From: Trypethelium eluteriae
Taxonomy: Eukaryota
NCBI GenBank assembly: GCA_051942245.1
Contig: JAVECL010000171.1
Span: forward strand, 1-40,152
Direction: 5' to 3'
DNA: 40,152 nt
The position numbers and the translations under genes are program-made. Shown here piece by piece: positions 34,660 through 40,152 of this stretch. The notes under the pieces were generated by a model. The model saw only the letters and a list, made by a program, of their open reading frames with translations. It ran no database searches and had not been told where the DNA came from. The stretch's first letter is position 1, and each line of letters begins with the position of its first letter.

Positions 34660-35577
34660 ATGCGCACTTATTCACAAGTGTATTCCCTACTAACTCTCCT
34701 AGCCAACAGTGCATCTGCACTTTTAACGACTAATTCAGTAAAAAACCAAACTTCCCTCTTTGGCGGCAAGATCTTACGGAATCAAACCTTAGATCTTAAA
34801 ACTCCAAGTGACCTAGTTACAGGCAATCAGACACTTTACCAGTCTAACAATTGCAGCATTGTATACAATAATTCTGTTGGGACACTTTATACTCTCGATC
34901 TGACAAACAGTTCGCGAAAGCGAACGCTTTCACATATAACTCCCAATAATGAAGCATACATGCAAAGAATATGGAGAATGATGGATAACCAAAATCGTTG
35001 GAGAGATTTCAATAGTCCTGATCGTCAAACAAGAAATCAAGTATGGCTATTCCCGACCTACCCAAATCAGAGTGTTCTCGGTATCCGGACCTTAGTCAGA
35101 AACGCAGCCGTCCTAATTATAACCAGGAAAGGTATCTTTGTTTCACTTATCTTTGACATTGATATTTTAGAAGACATGTCACAAGAAAATTTCTTGACAG
35201 GGACCTACGGAGTGATACGATATGGCAATCAGGCCTGTGGAGATGGGATAGAACGACTTAGAGAAACAGGACAAATGTTTTCTCCAGACGACCTACCTGT
35301 CCAAATTTACATTATTGCACCGTGTCTTTCGGGAGATCGATTTAGTGTACTTCGGCGTTACCTATCCAATCTATTTACAGAAGTAAAAGAAGCGGAGATC
35401 ATCGAATATCGATTGAATGCTGCACGCCCGCGAGCAAGCCGGGTTGTTATAGAGGTCGATACAGACCAAATACACATACCTGTTCCGACAGGCCTTCGTC
35501 GTGAAGTTGGAGCATGGAGGTTGTGGGTGGGATCACGGGTGAAGAAGCAGGGTTATTTCCTCCAAGACGCACAGTAG
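34660..35577 (+). CDS. Putative secreted protein of unknown function, 305 aa, intronless
   Basis: Signal-peptide-like MRTYSQVYSLLTLLANSASA, several N-x-S/T sequons in a pro-like region, and a dibasic RKR site near residue 87. Confidence 0.65.
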   Translation: MRTYSQVYSLLTLLANSASALLTTNSVKNQTSLFGGKILRNQTLDLKTPSDLVTGNQTLYQSNNCSIVYNNSVGTLYTLDLTNSSRKRTLSHITPNNEAYMQRIWRMMDNQNRWRDFNSPDRQTRNQVWLFPTYPNQSVLGIRTLVRNAAVLIITRKGIFVSLIFDIDILEDMSQENFLTGTYGVIRYGNQACGDGIERLRETGQMFSPDDLPVQIYIIAPCLSGDRFSVLRRYLSNLFTEVKEAEIIEYRLNAARPRASRVVIEVDTDQIHIPVPTGLRREVGAWRLWVGSRVKKQGYFLQDAQ

Positions 35578-36041
35578 TGACTTTGCTGTCTCTATATTGT
35601 AACAATGTGTTGCTTTGTGGAAACTTACTGTGGAAATAACGTGCTTCCTACAAAGTAGAGAAACGTTCTCCTACCCTGGAGGTACAGAACTAAACCAAAC
35701 GGGAATCATTTTCCTTGAAGAGTAAAGGTGGTAGCCAATTCGGCTGAATATGGATGGATTAATGGGCTCCCATAACGCTTTGTGCTGGGAAATCAGGTGC
35801 CCCATTTTGGCTTAAGCCGCCGCTACTTTAGATCTGTCTGATCTCTAAATTTATGTAGGACGCGAATAACACCACCGAATCATGACGTACATTGAACTGG
35901 CTCCTCGCAATTTTTGTTTCGTATTGTTATTAAATTAAATGAACTTGTCAGCCGCTGGCATCTGGGACTGCCTTTTCCGGTCTTTCGTCATGTCTTGATC
36001 CACTCGGGTTACCTAGAATAAGAGCAATGAGGAGACACTAA

Positions 36042-39020
36042 TTACCCAATCAAGTCTTCCTTCTCGCGAGCGGCCTTCGATTTGCCTTCGTAATCATCTT
36101 TCTTCAAGTATTCCTCAAATCCATGTATGACTTCTACCGCTTCCTTGATGTGGGTATCCTCTATCTCTACCGGCCCGGATCTCGGATCAACATTTGCGTC
36201 CAATTTTGCTCTGGCCCACTGGGCGAAATCGCAAGCATTTTTGAAGACTAAGAAGAATAAGCCGAGCCATGAAATGTAATAGGAAGAAGAGGTTGAATGA
36301 GCGAAGTGCGCCGCACCTGAGTTGATTTCGCGTCCACTCCAATCATAGTCGTCCTTATCTAACTTCGCTACTTCGCTCTTGGCTTGTTCTGTCATCGCGA
36401 AACGGTTGTCTTCGCACATCCTTTTAATGCAATTTCCACGAATTTTAGCCCGGGCAACCTCATCTAGTCTGTCAAAATGCACTACGAGTGCCATTCTGTT
36501 GATTGCAGCCCGATCGAAACTACGTACCCTGTTAGTGGTTAGAAATAAGATACCGGAATAATATTCAAGCGTTCGAAGGAAGACTAGAACATTTCGTTCA
36601 GTACAGGTCGGCTCAATTGTTGATTGTGACTGCTTCTTACCAGCAACAACGGCTTGCTTTTCGATACTGTCTCCAGAAGCTCGTTTCTCTAGGTAGACAT
36701 CGGCTTCATCAATGAGTACGATCGCCTTCCATCTCTTTCAGCACGCCGAAAGTGTTGTTGCAGTCTAGACTCGAGTTTCTTTGCCTCCAACCCTATACGA
36801 ACCGTTAGCTATCGTTTGAGTACCGGTTGATATCTGAGACACTACCTAGGTCGGCGCAAGTAAGGCGCAAGAGAGGTCTATCTAACCACTCTGCTACACA
36901 CTCAGCGGTATATGTCTTGCCATACCCAGGGGGTCCGTGGAGGAGAATGATATGACCCTCGCCCTTGTGACTGATATAATCAGGCCTGAAGGTATTATCA
37001 GTCGGAATACCTTGTCCCTTCGACTTCTCCGGCCGAAACACAAGTGGCTGTATTCTGTTAAGATCTTGGGGCAGCGGTAAGAGAAGACTTTGAATAAGCG
37101 TGTTGTTTCCACGATCTAAATTCGATTGTTAGGAAGATATAGTATGAACTGTACTATATCTTGCTTACATCTTTCCAGGTTGCTAAAATTGAGCCAAGCT
37201 AGTGTCAAGTTAGCGAAATTCGAGTTTCATGGCCTGAATCTCTGTTTACCCCAATCCCGTATCCCTCGTGTCCCTACTGTGAACCCGCGAATCCATTCTG
37301 GTAACAGGAAGCAATGTTCCCTGAAAACTTCTGTGTCATTTGAATTTTGAGGATCAAGATTAATGAACTTCATCATCTCAAGTCCAATGCTGCCGACATT
37401 GGTGTCATATTTGTCCGCCCATGTCACATGTCCGTCACTCCCATTTTCACGCCAATACTGCTCTGGATCAATGATGATTTTTCCCTGGAACTATATTTTG
37501 TTAGTTCACGTAGGCTTCGAGGCACTTCTGTGACATACAAAGTTGTGGTGCTAACTCTCGTATGGGGAATTCCGAGTCTCGTACTGATAGCATTCCATCA
37601 TACATACAGTGAGAGAACCCATCGCGAATCAGGTCTAAGTACTTTCGGCCCATTAGAACACGTTTATCGTGTTTTCGGATACGATCAACGGCGAATTCTT
37701 CGGGGTATACGGGGAGATCAGTAATGGCTTGTTCACCACGAAAGCGCTGGACCTCGACACTGTGCATCCTTCTGTTGATATACTGACCTATGGGTAAAGT
37801 CAGCATCTATTGAACCGGAGAGGGTGAAGGAGCAGCCTACCATCGTAGTCTAGATGCCATACACGTATGATGACTTTTGAATATGGATCTTCAGTATTGG
37901 TGTTTCCTTTGTCCCAAAACAAAAGCCTGACCCTCGCGGTCACTTGATAATCATGATCTTTGAAATAGACATATTGCCCCGGCTTGAACAGCATCCAGAG
38001 CATATCGAAAGTTGCAACAGGTTGGGGCTGGCGATGGCGGCGTTCACGCTCCAATTCCACATTGGCGCTTTGCACTTTGTCGACCTCTTTTAATAGAAGA
38101 CCTAGTTCTTTTACATCTTGTATAATATTCTCGATCCCAGTGGACAGATGATTCTGTTGCCTTTCGAGCGTTTCCTTGAGTATTTCCAAGCGTTGACCCA
38201 ATTCATTTTTGTACACTCCTATCGCTCTAAATGGTGTTTCAATTTTCAGCGTTTTTTGCCCGTCCCAGTACGCACTCGTTGGCCAATATACAACTTTCTT
38301 GATTTCTTCGAGAAGACGCGGGGAGCGTATTATCATTTGTTCAGACTTGATTCGATCGACGAGGTCTCCGTCGGGAATGGGATTACCGCGTAGATCCTGG
38401 GTGGAAAGAGTCTTTGGTGGCTCGATAACTCGAATCTGCTTCTTCATCTCGATAGCAGCTCCAAACGCAGTGTCTTTGACATGGTCGTAATCCTCCTCCG
38501 ACACACTTTTCCATCGCTTTGCGTCTACGAGAGGGTTTCCAGTATCTCGATGAATTGTCCATACAATGTCAGCGTTTGGCTGCAGAGTTGATGGAATTGG
38601 GTTTGAACCGCTCGGGGCTTGCTCCACAGTTAATTGACTGTGACTTGGCGTAAGGGTCCGAGTTGACTGACTAGTAGACTCCACTACACGTCTTGGATGA
38701 TCCGGTATGGTCTTTACCGTTAATGGTAACAGCCTTGCATTCGCATTGAATAGAATTTTTTCTGTGGATATTCGTGCTGAGTTGCCTGGCTCGACGGATT
38801 TTCCCTCTTTGCTCAGCCTCGTCGATAGCTGTTCAGGATTCTCCTCGTTCAATTCATGACTTCCTCTATGTATGGGCGACCTATTCCTAGCTTCAAACCC
38901 CAGTGTTCGAAGTTGTTCATCAGAGCTATCGTCATTATAAGACATTGGATGTAAACAGAGGCGCGTTTCAAAATGTCTGACTTCAAATTTGGTGGAAGAA
39001 TTTTCGGCGTCTTCGGGCAC
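36042..39020 (-). pseudogene. Multi-exon fungal AAA+ ATPase with a long N-terminal domain and an apparent +2 frameshift before Walker B; 5' end unresolved, probably beyond 39020
   Basis: TFDMLWMLFKPG, Walker A LLHGPPGYGKTYTAE, Walker B IVLIDEADVYLE, FLRTLEYYSGILFLTTNR and WSGREI. The frame breaks at ~36731-36740. Confidence 0.75.
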
Positions 39021-40152
39021 TGCGAGATGCTTAGAAATAGCAAATACGACGGGTAAGCTGCCTCAATCCCAGGCACAGTTGGTATATAATCACCTCTGTA
39101 CAGTAAATGAAACGGAATCTAAGACACTTGAGCTGAACTGGTATATAGCTGAACATCTAGCCTTAACCAAAGTCATAGCATTCAATTGAGGTAGGATGTT
39201 CTCGAGCAAGAGGATGATAGAGACACAGCACCGCACATGGTGCGATCGATTTGAATTGACCTGGCTAGCCAATACTTGTAGTGGCGCCGATACGCGAGCA
39301 ACCATCTGTACGATAAGGGATGACTGGATGACATCCAGTCCCATCTGGCCATGCTTTTTATGATGCTGCCCGCTGGACAAGGATTTGAATTCTATTGGGA
39401 GATCGCTTGGCGTCCTCGACCCTGTTGTACCAATTATGGAGCTCGGATTTTTGGTGAGGCATTTCTGCTGGACGCTTTCTGGCCCGCCAACGTACCTCTA
39501 CCCCAATTCGCTGACGCCCGTCACATTTGATATTTCTGTGTCTACCGTGGCAGTCTATTGGTTGGTAACGTAGCGCAGCCACAAATACTTGTCCGGGTAA
39601 AGTTGCCAGTTTTAGTAGCGGTCGAGGCAGCCTCAGTCATCGCCTCCTCCAGCCCTTCAAATCCTCGGAGACTCACCGAGTCGTTCGAATTGACTCCTTG
39701 AGGTCGAAGGGATCATTATTGTGCCCTGCATCAGCATTACCACGTCCAAACCATCAATTCTTGGTGGAACAGCCTCAAGCGATAGCCAACCTTATCGGGG
39801 CTCCTCCGGCCATTTGCAGAATCCATCCTAAGGTGGACTATTTTTCTAATCTGTTAGCTATCGTGTTACAAATACAATGCACTCAGAAATCTCCCCATTT
39901 GTTCCTACCAGGGGTTGCTTTGATGTCACTGTTCTTGTTATATGTGCCCTCGATCTCGAAGCAAAGCCTGTCGTCGATTCATTGCAACCAAAATTCCAAC
40001 CAGAGCAGCGACTGATGTTGTTCATGAAGTAGATCCAATCAACATAGCCTCGGAGGTGGTGTTTACCACATCTCACGCGCGCTCGGATCCCTTCATGTAG
40101 ATCCTTACGCCCTGTAGTTATTAGTTCATTTCCCTTCGCCCTCACCTAGATA

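Noticed and set aside
39021..40152. Short ORFs at the right edge
   Set aside because: No recognisable motifs or reliable splice model. They may be 5' exons of the AAA+ gene but I could not support that.

Overview
Filamentous ascomycete genomic DNA with spliceosomal introns and RIP-like mutation. Positions 1-1993 are an AT-rich, RIP-degraded hAT DNA transposon. Positions 2167-26090 hold a compact 15-gene anthraquinone-to-(tetrahydro)xanthone tailoring cluster of the monodictyphenone/neosartorin/ergochrome type: MdpC-like SDR, three NsrQ-like SnoaL/NTF2 paralogues, a second SDR, a methyltransferase, the MdpA/MdpE regulator pair, an MFS pump with its own Zn2Cys6 factor, MdpK, MdpL, an EthD decarboxylase, a probable aryl-coupling P450, MdpD and an anthrone oxygenase. 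The non-reducing PKS, metallo-beta-lactamase thioesterase and MdpB dehydratase are not in the window. Cluster promoters share a CGGRNNWCGGA motif, and the MFS/TF promoter has a separate 22-bp-phased TAAGTTCCG array. Positions 26.1-40.1 kb are an accessory region: an SRR1-like gene, a gypsy remnant, a C2H2 zinc finger-ankyrin array gene with one nonsense codon, a divergent C2H2 gene with Met-rich repeats, a MITE, a secreted protein and a frameshifted AAA+ ATPase. Gene models were spliced by eye and family calls come from motif recognition, not database searches.
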